Shown one piece after another: positions 10,732 through 20,882 of a DNA stretch of 64,000 nt (position 1 is its first letter; each line of letters starts with the position of its first letter). The DNA is from a virus. The notes under the pieces are model-generated. The model ran no database searches. It was not told where the DNA came from and saw only the letters and a program-made list of their open reading frames with translations. Location of the stretch: positions 32,001-96,000 of the IMG/VR virus record IMGVR_UViG_3300008107_000014. One strand, written 5' to 3'. The position numbers and the translations under genes were made by a program.

Positions 10732-11649
10732 GTGGCAAATATTACAGCTGACTCATTTAATATTGATCTAAGGCAAAAAATTGCAAGTGTTCTTGTAAGT
10801 GGTTACGGCGGTACGATGTTGTCTTCGCCAATTATTCGAGATCCAGGAACAAATTTGTACCCCTTAGTTGACGACTCAGAATGGGATAATTTAAGATTAG
10901 ATGCTCTAGCAGCTCGTGTACATCAGATTGGTACATCGCCTGCATTTGCTGAAGTAAATGCCAATGATCTAATTTCCACAGCAGTATTTGATCGATATCT
11001 AACCCTAGCAGAACAAATAGTATTAGACTCGGGTGATGTTGCAGTTGGGCAGTATCAGGATATTGTGCCAACTAATTTAGTCAATCCAACACTAACAGTA
11101 AGTTTTGGTAAAACTGCATATCATAGAACCACTGTGACTTTTGCTAATGCCGCGGCCGCTAATCAATTTTTTAACTCGGGCGGCGGATTTTTAATGAGAT
11201 TTGAATTTACTCCTACCCTTACTGGGCCGGCAGGTGCTCAAAGTAGAATATTTGAATCATTGAGCAGTCAAATGGGTCAACAATTTTATGGAAAAACCCA
11301 GTGGACATCAGCAACAACTAACTATGTAAACTGGGCAACTCCCACAGTGTCTGCTGATTCGGCATATGGCGGTAACTATCTTAGATTCAGAGCAGCAACA
11401 AATACTTCTAATCACTTACTAGCAACTCAATTAACCTTTGAAGTATTGCTAGAGTCTGTATATACCACATTTGGTCCTAGCGGAAGTGGTGCTGGAGCAA
11501 TTAGCTACGGCGATCAAGTTGGTGGATTTGCAGCTATTGACATTGTACAACGAAGAAGTTATATAAACAATCCAAGTCCGGTAACCACTGAGTTTTGGAA
11601 CTACGATGCTAATTGGACTGTTCAGGGTCAGCCTGTTACCTATCCGTGA
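10732..11649 (+). CDS. Putative virion structural protein (paralogue of 11683-12669)
   Basis: GTG start after AGGA. Shares ADSFNID, EWDNLRLD, FFNxGG, LESVY and GAGAxxYGD motifs with its neighbour. Confidence 0.55.
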   Translation: MANITADSFNIDLRQKIASVLVSGYGGTMLSSPIIRDPGTNLYPLVDDSEWDNLRLDALAARVHQIGTSPAFAEVNANDLISTAVFDRYLTLAEQIVLDSGDVAVGQYQDIVPTNLVNPTLTVSFGKTAYHRTTVTFANAAAANQFFNSGGGFLMRFEFTPTLTGPAGAQSRIFESLSSQMGQQFYGKTQWTSATTNYVNWATPTVSADSAYGGNYLRFRAATNTSNHLLATQLTFEVLLESVYTTFGPSGSGAGAISYGDQVGGFAAIDIVQRRSYINNPSPVTTEFWNYDANWTVQGQPVTYP

Positions 11650-11682
11650 GTAGATATATAATAAGATAACAGGAAAAATACA

Positions 11683-12669
11683 GTGCCAAAAATTAGTGCA
11701 GATTCGTTTAACATAGATATAAGAAAACCCCTGGGGGCAGTGCTTGACAGCGGCAATACCTATTGGGTAGTTGGCGATACACAATATGCTAATAGATTCC
11801 AATTTGGTTACGGTGTACCCCTAGCACAATCAGTAGCGATTACAAAATCAGATAACATCGACGACCCCGAGTGGGATAATTTAAGATTAGATTTAATTAA
11901 AGCTAGAACTCACCAAAAAGGTCTTACGTGGGTTACTAATAACTTAGGTCTGCAAAACGATAGAACTGGAAATAATAACGCAAATGATGTAACCACAGGC
12001 GATAAGGTGTTAAATTCAGTATACACCAAATATCAAACTGTTGCATCTGATCTATTAACTGATAAATTTTTAGTTGCCTCTGGAGAATTTGAAGAAATAA
12101 CTCCAGCACAATTGAGCTCATCAGCAACAACTATAACATTTTCAACCAGGGCAACTTGGCAATTTGTAGTAACTTGGGCTAATGCTGCTGCTGCTAACGC
12201 ATTCTTTAATGCAGGCGGTGCATTCCTTTTTGGTATTGACGCCACCAACGGTGTTTACACGGGCTTTCAGCGATTACAAAGTGATGCATTTGCTAATTTA
12301 CTCGCCCCTGGCGGAACTCCAACTTTGTTAACTTTTCAAGCAGCAAACTGGTATGGAAACGCAAGCACAACTGGGTATACTTTGATATCTTATAATCTAG
12401 CAGATGCTCGATATAGTACAAATCGAGTTGATATTAGAGTACTAACTAATACAAATACAATCGGCTCTTCAAGCAGACTAACCATACGAGTTGTACTCGA
12501 GTCAGTTTATGCAGGTGGTGCGACGAGTGGCGGGGGTGCTGGAGCGGTCGGCTACGGAGATTCGGTGTCGTTGACTTTAGAACCCCAAGTCACTGAACGT
12601 CGAAGTACTAATACTATTATATCACCTGTGCCGACTAGCTATGCATACGGCACTTGGTCCTTCAATTAA
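11683..12669 (+). CDS. Putative virion structural protein (paralogue of 10732-11649)
   Basis: Same motifs as neighbour. Thr/Ser/Gly-rich. Confidence 0.55.
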   Translation: MPKISADSFNIDIRKPLGAVLDSGNTYWVVGDTQYANRFQFGYGVPLAQSVAITKSDNIDDPEWDNLRLDLIKARTHQKGLTWVTNNLGLQNDRTGNNNANDVTTGDKVLNSVYTKYQTVASDLLTDKFLVASGEFEEITPAQLSSSATTITFSTRATWQFVVTWANAAAANAFFNAGGAFLFGIDATNGVYTGFQRLQSDAFANLLAPGGTPTLLTFQAANWYGNASTTGYTLISYNLADARYSTNRVDIRVLTNTNTIGSSSRLTIRVVLESVYAGGATSGGGAGAVGYGDSVSLTLEPQVTERRSTNTIISPVPTSYAYGTWSFN

Positions 12670-12691
12670 GCAAAATATAAACAGAGTACTT

Positions 12692-12699
12692 TATAAATA
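12692..12699 (+). promoter_or_regulatory. T4-type late promoter TATAAATA heading the glycosylation island
   Basis: Exact TATAAATA in the intergenic gap, 25 nt before ATG 12725. Confidence 0.55.
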
Positions 12700-12724
12700 A
12701 CTGCATACAATTACAGGGTTATTT

Positions 12725-13075
12725 ATGGAAGATATTCTTAAATCTGCTTTAGAATTTTCTAATTTTAGAAAAAATCTTGAACTACAAAAGAAAACATTAA
12801 AAGATAAGTTAGCTGCAAACTTAACGATTGGGTATGACGGCGGCATATTTCATATTGATCAATCGTTGATAGTTTTTGTAGAATTTTTAATTTCAAAATC
12901 TCGAATTGAAAATATTCCTATAATTGATTGCAATCAAAATCCAATCAATGTAAAAAGTGTTTTAGAATTTCAAGAAAAAATACTCGATGTGTATTTTACT
13001 TCTACTAACAATTATTTGTTAGAATTTGAAAAACTTAAAGTTACACGCTCAAATACTGATTTGTTAAAACTATGA
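12725..13075 (+). CDS. Hypothetical protein
   Basis: Intact ORF with ATGA overlap to the next gene. Confidence 0.6.
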   Translation: MEDILKSALEFSNFRKNLELQKKTLKDKLAANLTIGYDGGIFHIDQSLIVFVEFLISKSRIENIPIIDCNQNPINVKSVLEFQEKILDVYFTSTNNYLLEFEKLKVTRSNTDLLKL

Positions 13076-13887
13076 GTCGTGGTATTTTAATATACGCTCA
13101 TAACAACGAAACGCTCGACTATGTTTCGTTGGCATGTGCATCGGCTAAATTAGCATCGACTCATTTAGGTTATCCCGTGACATTAGTTTCTGACAACGAA
13201 TCTATCAATTCAACTTCGTCATCTTATTCTAAATATTTTGAAACGGTTGTATTAGTTGATAAACCCCACAATCAAAATAAACGTATTGTCAACGGAAGTA
13301 TTTCTTCTTTTTTAAATGGTAATCGATCTTCGGCATGGGATACTACCCCCTATGATCATACTCTTGTAATTGATGCAGACTATTTTACCTTCACAGACAA
13401 ATTAAACAATTATTGGGATATTGATCAAAGTTTTATGATTGCTAGTGCGGCTAATTTTTTTATAGATTCATTAAAGGGGTTTTTAGATAACAAAACATCT
13501 AGTCAAGGACTTCCTTTAAAATGGGCTACCACTCTGATGTTTAAAAAGGATCAGGAATCGAAAATGATCTTTGATCTTGTGGACTCAATTAAATCAAACT
13601 ACCATTATTTTTATAGTCTTTATAACTTTGATAATCGAATATATCGCAACGATATTGCATTCACAATTGCCTGCCATATTCTAAGAGGACATTTAACCGG
13701 ATCAGATTACGAACTTCCTGCAATTAATACGGTATATAGTCAAACCTCAATTATTAGCATTGATCCGGATTCAAAATTAAAATTATTAATTCAGCCTCAT
13801 GATCCTTATATCCTTTCCACAAGTGGCATTGATTTGCATTTTTTAAACAAAGAGGATTTAATGCCTCACTTAGGAAAATTTTTATGA
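13072..13887 (+). CDS. GT-A fold glycosyltransferase-like protein
   Basis: TPYDHTLVIDADY (DxD) nucleotide-diphospho-sugar transferase pattern. Confidence 0.65.
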   Translation: MSRGILIYAHNNETLDYVSLACASAKLASTHLGYPVTLVSDNESINSTSSSYSKYFETVVLVDKPHNQNKRIVNGSISSFLNGNRSSAWDTTPYDHTLVIDADYFTFTDKLNNYWDIDQSFMIASAANFFIDSLKGFLDNKTSSQGLPLKWATTLMFKKDQESKMIFDLVDSIKSNYHYFYSLYNFDNRIYRNDIAFTIACHILRGHLTGSDYELPAINTVYSQTSIISIDPDSKLKLLIQPHDPYILSTSGIDLHFLNKEDLMPHLGKFL

Positions 13888-14732
13888 GCTTTGGATATTT
13901 AATAATTGTTTCCGATAGTTCAACAGCAAATTACCACAGACTTGCTCATGCTCTAGCATTGTCTATTAAAACTACCCAACCTCTAGGATATGATAATGTT
14001 GCAATTGTAACTGACAGTGAAGAATGGCTTCCTATCCTTAGCCATATATGGGCGTTTGATAAAGTTATATTTTGGAATAAAGAAACATACTGGGACGGCC
14101 GATCGCATATGGATGAATTAAGTCCATGGGACTCAACAGTGTGCCTTGATGCGGACATGTTATTTCTTTCGGATTACAGTCACTGGATACAAAAACTTGA
14201 AGAATTTACACCATTATATATTCCGTCAACAGTGACTACATTTAGGGGTGATATAGTTACTAGCGACTATTATCGTCGACTACAAACTTTAAATAACATC
14301 CCTACGCTTTATTCGGCATTCACATATTTTAAAAAAGCTGATCCAATGACAGCAGAATTTTTTAATTTAGTAAGATACATAACTAAATACCCTGATGAGT
14401 TTAGAAATCTATTGTTAAATGTTGATAACGGGGTAGTTTTAGGAACCGACGAAATATTTGGATTAGCTTCAAAAGTCCTAGGACTAACAGATAATATATC
14501 TTTTAGTCTACCGTTTCCTAGAATAGTTCATATGAAATCGCAGATACAAGATTGTATGAATTTAAACGAAGATTGGGTTAATGATTTAAAATTTTCTTTT
14601 GATAGAAGTGCAACTCTAAAAATTGGAAATTATGAACAGACTGATATTGTACATTATGTTAACAAGAAATTAATTACAATTGACGAAATTAATACCTATA
14701 ATAGAATAACACGAAAAAGGATTAAACTATGA
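13884..14732 (+). CDS. GT-A fold glycosyltransferase-like protein (GT8-like)
   Basis: SPWDSTVCLDADMLF, GTDE and VHMK. Paralogous to the preceding gene. Confidence 0.7.
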   Translation: MSFGYLIIVSDSSTANYHRLAHALALSIKTTQPLGYDNVAIVTDSEEWLPILSHIWAFDKVIFWNKETYWDGRSHMDELSPWDSTVCLDADMLFLSDYSHWIQKLEEFTPLYIPSTVTTFRGDIVTSDYYRRLQTLNNIPTLYSAFTYFKKADPMTAEFFNLVRYITKYPDEFRNLLLNVDNGVVLGTDEIFGLASKVLGLTDNISFSLPFPRIVHMKSQIQDCMNLNEDWVNDLKFSFDRSATLKIGNYEQTDIVHYVNKKLITIDEINTYNRITRKRIKL

Positions 14733-15358
14733 GTTTCCAAGAAAAAGTAGATCAATTTATTAAAGACGCCACTCCGGTTTGGCATATTACCTACAACGAA
14801 GTAAATTATAGAATCTTGGGAATACATCCTAAAGATCCTAGAAATTCTCCAATTCAAAATCCACTACTTAGTGTTCGAGTTAAACCAATTGATGATGATC
14901 AATTATCGTTGGTTGAAGAAATACTAGCTAGAGGAATTTTTAATTATGATGTAGATAAAGATACATTAAAAATTAAATTAAGAGACAGATCTAAATCTGC
15001 TAACGACTACGGTGATTTTGTTAGAATCGAATTTACACCAGATCTAGATCCTACAAATTTAGATACATCTTTGTCAATTTTGTTAGCGCAAAAAGTTTTT
15101 AAGGTTAAATTATTAACAGATGCAGCAGTTGCTAGAGTCTCTTCAATGTTAAACACTCCTGAAGAAGATCCTAAGATGCGATTTTATATTACTGAATATA
15201 ATAATCCCAACAAATTATTGCATCCGATTGTACTTCCAGCTAGAGTACTAGCAGAACAACGAGAAGTTGATATACATTTTGACGGTGCTGATCTTCCTCA
15301 AGATATTAGCATCTACTATATTAAGATCTTTGATAATATTAGATTTGAGGTTCGATGA
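14729..15358 (+). CDS. Hypothetical protein
   Basis: Intact ORF, ATGA-coupled at both ends. Confidence 0.6.
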   Translation: MSFQEKVDQFIKDATPVWHITYNEVNYRILGIHPKDPRNSPIQNPLLSVRVKPIDDDQLSLVEEILARGIFNYDVDKDTLKIKLRDRSKSANDYGDFVRIEFTPDLDPTNLDTSLSILLAQKVFKVKLLTDAAVARVSSMLNTPEEDPKMRFYITEYNNPNKLLHPIVLPARVLAEQREVDIHFDGADLPQDISIYYIKIFDNIRFEVR

Positions 15359-16248
15359 AAGTAATAGAATTTGATACTGTTTTTCTTAGCTATGACGAAC
15401 CAAATGCTGAGAAAAATTATGCAGACTTGTGCAATAAGGTACCTTGGGCTAAACGCATCCATGGTGTTAAGGGCAGTGACAAAGCACATAAGGCAGCAGC
15501 AGACATTGCAGAGACTGAGTGGTTAGTTACTGTAGATGGAGACAATGTTGTTGACTCCGGTTTCTTTGACATGGACCTTGACATGTCAAATCCTAAGATA
15601 CAAGTATATGGCTGGTGTGGGATTAATTCCATTAATGGACTCCAATACGGTAATGGCGGATTAAAAATTTGGCATCGTGACTTTATTAAGAATATGAAGA
15701 CTCACGAAGAAGCAGAGACTCCTCAAGCACAGGTAGATTTTTGTTGGGAAGATGGTTACAAAAATCACCCTAAGACATTTAGTCAAAGCAACATTCATTA
15801 TACTCCATACCAAGCATGGAGAGCAGGGTTCCGAGAAGGTGTTAAGATGACTTTGCTCGACGGAGTTAAAGTTAAACCTACAGAAATCAAACGGTCAGTA
15901 TGGTGGCACAATATACATAGACTTAAGATATGGTCAACAGTTGGTGCTCATGTTGACAACGGTCTATATGCAGTACACGGTGCTAGACTTGGAACATATA
16001 TGACAAACTGCACCGATTGGGATTATGTTCAGGTTAGAGATTTTGAAGTACTTAAAGAAATATACGAACAAAAAGTAAATCATGATAATCTCGAACAAGA
16101 TATAAAAGATCTTGGTTATGAGTTACACACTAAGTTAGGATTTGATTGGCCTTACTTAGATGAAAAACAAAGTAAATTTACCGTGGACATTTATAGAGAA
16201 ACTATGGATCTTTGCGCTACTTATTATTTTCCAGATCGTAATGTATGA
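15355..16248 (+). CDS. Glycosyltransferase-like protein (GT-A, DxD)
   Basis: FLSYDE..IHGVKG..AH..VDGDN..YGNGG..AWRAGFRE. Paralogous to the next gene. Confidence 0.55.
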   Translation: MKVIEFDTVFLSYDEPNAEKNYADLCNKVPWAKRIHGVKGSDKAHKAAADIAETEWLVTVDGDNVVDSGFFDMDLDMSNPKIQVYGWCGINSINGLQYGNGGLKIWHRDFIKNMKTHEEAETPQAQVDFCWEDGYKNHPKTFSQSNIHYTPYQAWRAGFREGVKMTLLDGVKVKPTEIKRSVWWHNIHRLKIWSTVGAHVDNGLYAVHGARLGTYMTNCTDWDYVQVRDFEVLKEIYEQKVNHDNLEQDIKDLGYELHTKLGFDWPYLDEKQSKFTVDIYRETMDLCATYYFPDRNV

Positions 16249-17278
16249 TTTATTTTTCATTGATCAAGGTACTCCGTCGTCAACAGAACGATGGCACCTT
16301 TTAAAAAAACAATTTCCTCACGCTCAAAAACGAGCATCGGTGCAAGAAGCACTATCGCATACTTTTACTAAATTTGCTTGGATTGTAGACGACGACTGTG
16401 ATATTAATTATACATTTGATTATGTTGTTCCGGATTGGGACAAACAATATATTCATCGATTTTTACAAGACAATAAAAGCTATCTAGGTGTATACCTGAT
16501 TCCACGTGGAACACAAATTACAAATAGAGAATGGCAGTATCAATTCTTTACCGGTAAGATTAAAGATATTCAGATTAATGCCACTTGCAGTATTCCAAGT
16601 GATGTTGTCTTTATTTCCTACAACGAATCTTTTGCTGATAGAAACTATAAAATGCTTCTTAAAGCCTGTCCTACGGCAAAGCGTGTACACGGTATTAAAG
16701 GCATACATCAAGCGCATATAGAAGCTGCTAAACAAGTTACAACACCAATGTTTTGGGTAGTAGATGCAGATGCAGAACTAGTCGACGACTTTAACTTTGA
16801 TTACTATGTTCCAAAGCACGATAGGGATATTGTTCATGTTTGGAGAAGTCGCAATCTAGTTAACAACTTAGAATACGGCAACGGCGGAGTTAAGTTATTA
16901 CCTACTAACTTAACAATTACAGTCGATGTTAACAGTCCGGACATGACAACTAGCATAAGCAAAAAGTTTAAATCTATGCCAGCAATTAGTAATGTCACTG
17001 CATTTAATGTAGATCCGTTTACAACCTGGCGCAGTGCATTTAGAGAATGTGCGAAATTAAGTAGTCGAACAATTATTGGTCAAGTCAACGATGAAACGCA
17101 GCAGCGTCTTGATGCATGGTGTACTGTTGGTGCAGATAGTGCATTTGGTGAATATGCAATATCAGGAGCCATTGCTGGTCGAGATTACGGTACAACTCAC
17201 AAAGACAACATTACTGCCCTTAAACATATAAATGACTATATGTGGCTAGAGGAGCAATTTAATGCAAGACATAAGTAG
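16241..17278 (+). CDS. Glycosyltransferase-like protein with duplicated DxD module
   Basis: ATG 16241. WIVDDDC and WVVDADA motifs, plus FISYNE, YGNGG and WRSAFRE. Confidence 0.55.
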   Translation: MYDLFFIDQGTPSSTERWHLLKKQFPHAQKRASVQEALSHTFTKFAWIVDDDCDINYTFDYVVPDWDKQYIHRFLQDNKSYLGVYLIPRGTQITNREWQYQFFTGKIKDIQINATCSIPSDVVFISYNESFADRNYKMLLKACPTAKRVHGIKGIHQAHIEAAKQVTTPMFWVVDADAELVDDFNFDYYVPKHDRDIVHVWRSRNLVNNLEYGNGGVKLLPTNLTITVDVNSPDMTTSISKKFKSMPAISNVTAFNVDPFTTWRSAFRECAKLSSRTIIGQVNDETQQRLDAWCTVGADSAFGEYAISGAIAGRDYGTTHKDNITALKHINDYMWLEEQFNARHK

Positions 17279-18626
17279 AATCAAAAAGTTCATTCCAATA
17301 ATGGAAGAAATTTCTCCTACATTTTGCATGGCCAAGTGGCATCACACTACTATCTACTTACAAACAGGAGAGACACATAGTTGTTATCATCCTGCTCCTC
17401 ATGCAATTCCGTTAAAAGAGATTATGATTAATCCTAACGCATTGCATAACACACAACAAAAAATTTCAGAAAGAGCTGCAATGGTTGCAGGAGAAAAACC
17501 CGCAGGTTGTAACTATTGTTGGAATATCGAATCTTTAGGTGATGAGTATATAAGTGATCGTAAAGAACGTAATGCCAGCATTTATACCGATCAAAGATTT
17601 GCCGATATAAAACAATCTCCATTAAAGCCAGTTAACCCGCAGTACATTGAAATTAGTTTTGGCAATGAATGTAATTTTAAATGTGGATATTGTCATCCAA
17701 AGCATAGCAGTGCCTACTACAAAGAGATCAAAGACTTTGGTCCGTATGACATGGTTAAAAATCATCGTAATGATATCGATTGGTTTCAAATCAATGAAGA
17801 GGAATCTAATCCTTATGTTGCAGCCTGGTGGGAGTGGTGGCCAGAGGTTCGTAAGTCATTAACAATCTTACGTATCACAGGTGGTGAACCATTATTGCAA
17901 AAAAGTACATGGAAGTTATTAGAAGATTTAGAAAATAATCCACTGCCAGATTTAGAATTAAACATTAACAGTAACTTTGGTGTTAAGCCTATTCTTATCG
18001 ATCGACTTGTAGAAAAAGTTAATAGTCTAGTTAGTAATAAAAAAATTAAAGATTTTAAAATATTTACAAGCATTGACACTTGGGGTAAACCGGCTGAGTA
18101 TATTCGCACTGGATTAGATTTAGAATTATGGGAACGTAATTTAGATACCTATCTAACTAAAACTAATATGCCAATTACATTTATGATAACATTTAACATT
18201 TTATCAGTTACCAGTTTCCAACTGTTGTTAGAAAAGATTTTAGAATGGCGTGTTAAGTACAACGGCACTGATCAAAACAAATGGCAACGTATTCGATTCG
18301 ATACTCCTTTTCTAAAAGAACCACTACAGTACGACATGAATATCTTACCTAAAGAAGAATTTATGTCGTATATGTACAGTCATTTGCAATACATTAAAGA
18401 CAATCTAAATGACACCGATAGATCAAAATTTAGTGACCTTGAATATGAGAAGTTTTTACGTGTTGTTAAGTACATGGAAACTACTAACTATAGTGAAGAA
18501 AAGATAGTAGAAGGTCGTCGAGATTTTTTTAATTGGTTTGTTGAATATGATCGCAGACGCAATGTCTCATTTTTAGAAACATTTCCAGAGCTTGCTGATT
18601 TTTTTATTAATTGTAAAAATGTCTAA
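17262..18626 (+). CDS. Radical SAM protein with N-terminal auxiliary Cys cluster (twitch/SPASM-like)
   Basis: CNFKCGYC (Cx3Cx2C), ITGGEPLL, and N-terminal C..SCYH..CNYCW. Confidence 0.85.
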   Translation: MQDISRIKKFIPIMEEISPTFCMAKWHHTTIYLQTGETHSCYHPAPHAIPLKEIMINPNALHNTQQKISERAAMVAGEKPAGCNYCWNIESLGDEYISDRKERNASIYTDQRFADIKQSPLKPVNPQYIEISFGNECNFKCGYCHPKHSSAYYKEIKDFGPYDMVKNHRNDIDWFQINEEESNPYVAAWWEWWPEVRKSLTILRITGGEPLLQKSTWKLLEDLENNPLPDLELNINSNFGVKPILIDRLVEKVNSLVSNKKIKDFKIFTSIDTWGKPAEYIRTGLDLELWERNLDTYLTKTNMPITFMITFNILSVTSFQLLLEKILEWRVKYNGTDQNKWQRIRFDTPFLKEPLQYDMNILPKEEFMSYMYSHLQYIKDNLNDTDRSKFSDLEYEKFLRVVKYMETTNYSEEKIVEGRRDFFNWFVEYDRRRNVSFLETFPELADFFINCKNV

Positions 18627-19923
18627 AAAAATAAATTTAGTATATGAATGGATCGGGCCTCGGGGCCCAATAACGAATAATCGAGTGCCTACGCTAATTG
18701 ATATAGCAACAGCCGCTACTGGCGAAAGTTTTGAGAATTCCGGTTACAAACATGATCTGCATCAGCGTCCGCATTTCTATCGACGATTCACTGGACTTGT
18801 TAATTATGTTCCTGCATTTGATGCTGATGTATCGCCGTTCTTATACGAGTTAAATTTTCATAATTATCATTATCGAGATATTCTTAATGCGTTTAATCAC
18901 AATGACGGATTGATTGAAAATGCTAGTCCTAGCAGAAATATTATAACACTCATTAAAGAAAAAAAAGGTTATGTGTTGGTAACTTTATTGTATGAAGGGT
19001 TCTTAGACGATTTATTTTTAAAAGGATTAACTGAATATTTTTCTAGAAAAAACATTCCGTTAACACAGATCGTTTATGTTTCGAATTGTTATAATGGACA
19101 GGAAGTCTACGAAAATTTTTGTAAAAGAAATAATATTCTTCCAGAAATAAAAACGGAATATCTTCCAGTATTTAGAATTGATAAAACTGATATTGCATTA
19201 ATTTTGAATACTAATATTTCTTATAGTACAGCCCCAAAGAAAAAACTGTTCCTTTGTTTTAATCGAAGACATACAGAGCATAGAATTTTATTCTATATTA
19301 TGATGTCAAAATTGCAATTAATTGATAGGTGTTTTTATAGCATGAGCAAAGAACACCCCGGGTCAGAACAGCCATTTATTGAAAATGCAAAAAATTTAAG
19401 TTCTAAGTACAAAGAACTTTACATTCTAGATAATGACATTACGGTTGCAGATGCACAACTTCCATTAATACTTGATACTGGTGATTTTAGTAAGTATCCT
19501 ATGGAAATTGGAATAGATGATGTAAAGCCGTTCTATGATAATAGCTATATTAATATTGTAATGGAAACATATTTTTTTAATAACATCATCCACATAACTG
19601 AAAAAACATATAAGCCAATTGCATTCATGCAACCTTTTATTATGTTTGCCGCACCCAATGGTTTACAGCATATTAAGGATATGGGATTTAAAACATTTAA
19701 TCAATTCTGGGACGAAAGCTACGATAGCGAAACTGACCACATAATTAGATTTTTAAAAATTGCTCAAGAAATTAGAAAAATATCAAACTGGTCGCAAGAA
19801 ACACTTGATCAGTTTGCAAAAGATGTCCGACCTATTCTAGAATTCAATAGGGAACATCTTAAAAATATGAAAGACATTGAAGTAGATCAGTTTGTTGAAA
19901 AATACGGAGTAGAAGGACAATGA
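18619..19923 (+). CDS. Putative glycosyltransferase-like protein (ITEKTxKPI family, paralogue 1)
   Basis: LCFNRR..HR, ETYF..ITEKTYKPI..PFI..GFKTF..DESYD. The TEK motif recalls GT10 fucosyltransferases. Confidence 0.45.
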   Translation: MSKKINLVYEWIGPRGPITNNRVPTLIDIATAATGESFENSGYKHDLHQRPHFYRRFTGLVNYVPAFDADVSPFLYELNFHNYHYRDILNAFNHNDGLIENASPSRNIITLIKEKKGYVLVTLLYEGFLDDLFLKGLTEYFSRKNIPLTQIVYVSNCYNGQEVYENFCKRNNILPEIKTEYLPVFRIDKTDIALILNTNISYSTAPKKKLFLCFNRRHTEHRILFYIMMSKLQLIDRCFYSMSKEHPGSEQPFIENAKNLSSKYKELYILDNDITVADAQLPLILDTGDFSKYPMEIGIDDVKPFYDNSYINIVMETYFFNNIIHITEKTYKPIAFMQPFIMFAAPNGLQHIKDMGFKTFNQFWDESYDSETDHIIRFLKIAQEIRKISNWSQETLDQFAKDVRPILEFNREHLKNMKDIEVDQFVEKYGVEGQ

Positions 19924-20882
19924 AAAAAATATTAGTATGTGGCGCTGGGGGATTTATTGGCAGTCATTTAGTAACAAGTTTAAAACAACAAGGGCATTAT
20001 GTAATTGGTGCTGATTTAAAATATCCCCAATTTAATGAGATTAATGCAGATGAGTTTTATATTAGAGATCTCCGAGATCCTAATACTGTAGCAAATTTAA
20101 TTACAGAAGATTTAGATGAAGTATATCAACTTGCGGCCGATATGGGCGGCGCCGGATTTATTTCTACAGGCGATAACGATGCTGACATCATGCACAATTC
20201 CGCAATGATTAATCTTAACATTGCAAGTGAAATGACAAAAAAAGGTGTAAAGAAAGTATTTTATACAAGCAGTGCATGTGTTTATCCAGAGCATAATCAA
20301 GAAGACCCAGATAATCCGTTATGCAGTGAAGATAGTGTATACCCTGCTGATCCCGATAGTGAATATGGATGGGAAAAGTTATTCAGCGAAAGAATTTATC
20401 TTGCATATGCTAAAAATCATGGTCTTGATATTCGTATTGCCCGCTTACATAATATATATGGTCCGCAGGGTTCGTGGAATGACGGAAGAGAAAAAGCTCC
20501 CGCAGCTCTGTGCAGAAAAGTTGCAATGTGTGCCACTGGTGGAAATATTGAAGTTTGGGGACCAGGTATACAGACACGTAGTTTCTTATACATTGACGAA
20601 TGTATCAAAGGTATCCATAAGTTAATGGACAGTGATGTTAAACAGCCAATTAATCTAGGCAGCGAAAGATTAATTAGTATCAATGAGCTAGTTGAGTTAA
20701 TTTCTAAAATTGCAGACAAGGAAATTACTGTAGTAAACATTGAAGGTCCGAGGGGGGTTATGGGAAGAAATAGTCATAATAAATTAATTAAAGAATTATT
20801 AAATTGGACACCAAATGAGGACCTAGAGTATGGTATGGAACAAACATATATCTGGATTAAGGAACAAGTTGATGCTTTATAG
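19920..20882 (+). CDS. NAD-dependent epimerase, GDP-mannose 3,5-epimerase-like
   Basis: GAGGFIGSHL, LAADMGGAGFI, SSACVYP, YGWEK, GREKAPAALCRK, TRSFLYIDEC and GVMGRNS. Confidence 0.85.
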   Translation: MKKILVCGAGGFIGSHLVTSLKQQGHYVIGADLKYPQFNEINADEFYIRDLRDPNTVANLITEDLDEVYQLAADMGGAGFISTGDNDADIMHNSAMINLNIASEMTKKGVKKVFYTSSACVYPEHNQEDPDNPLCSEDSVYPADPDSEYGWEKLFSERIYLAYAKNHGLDIRIARLHNIYGPQGSWNDGREKAPAALCRKVAMCATGGNIEVWGPGIQTRSFLYIDECIKGIHKLMDSDVKQPINLGSERLISINELVELISKIADKEITVVNIEGPRGVMGRNSHNKLIKELLNWTPNEDLEYGMEQTYIWIKEQVDAL

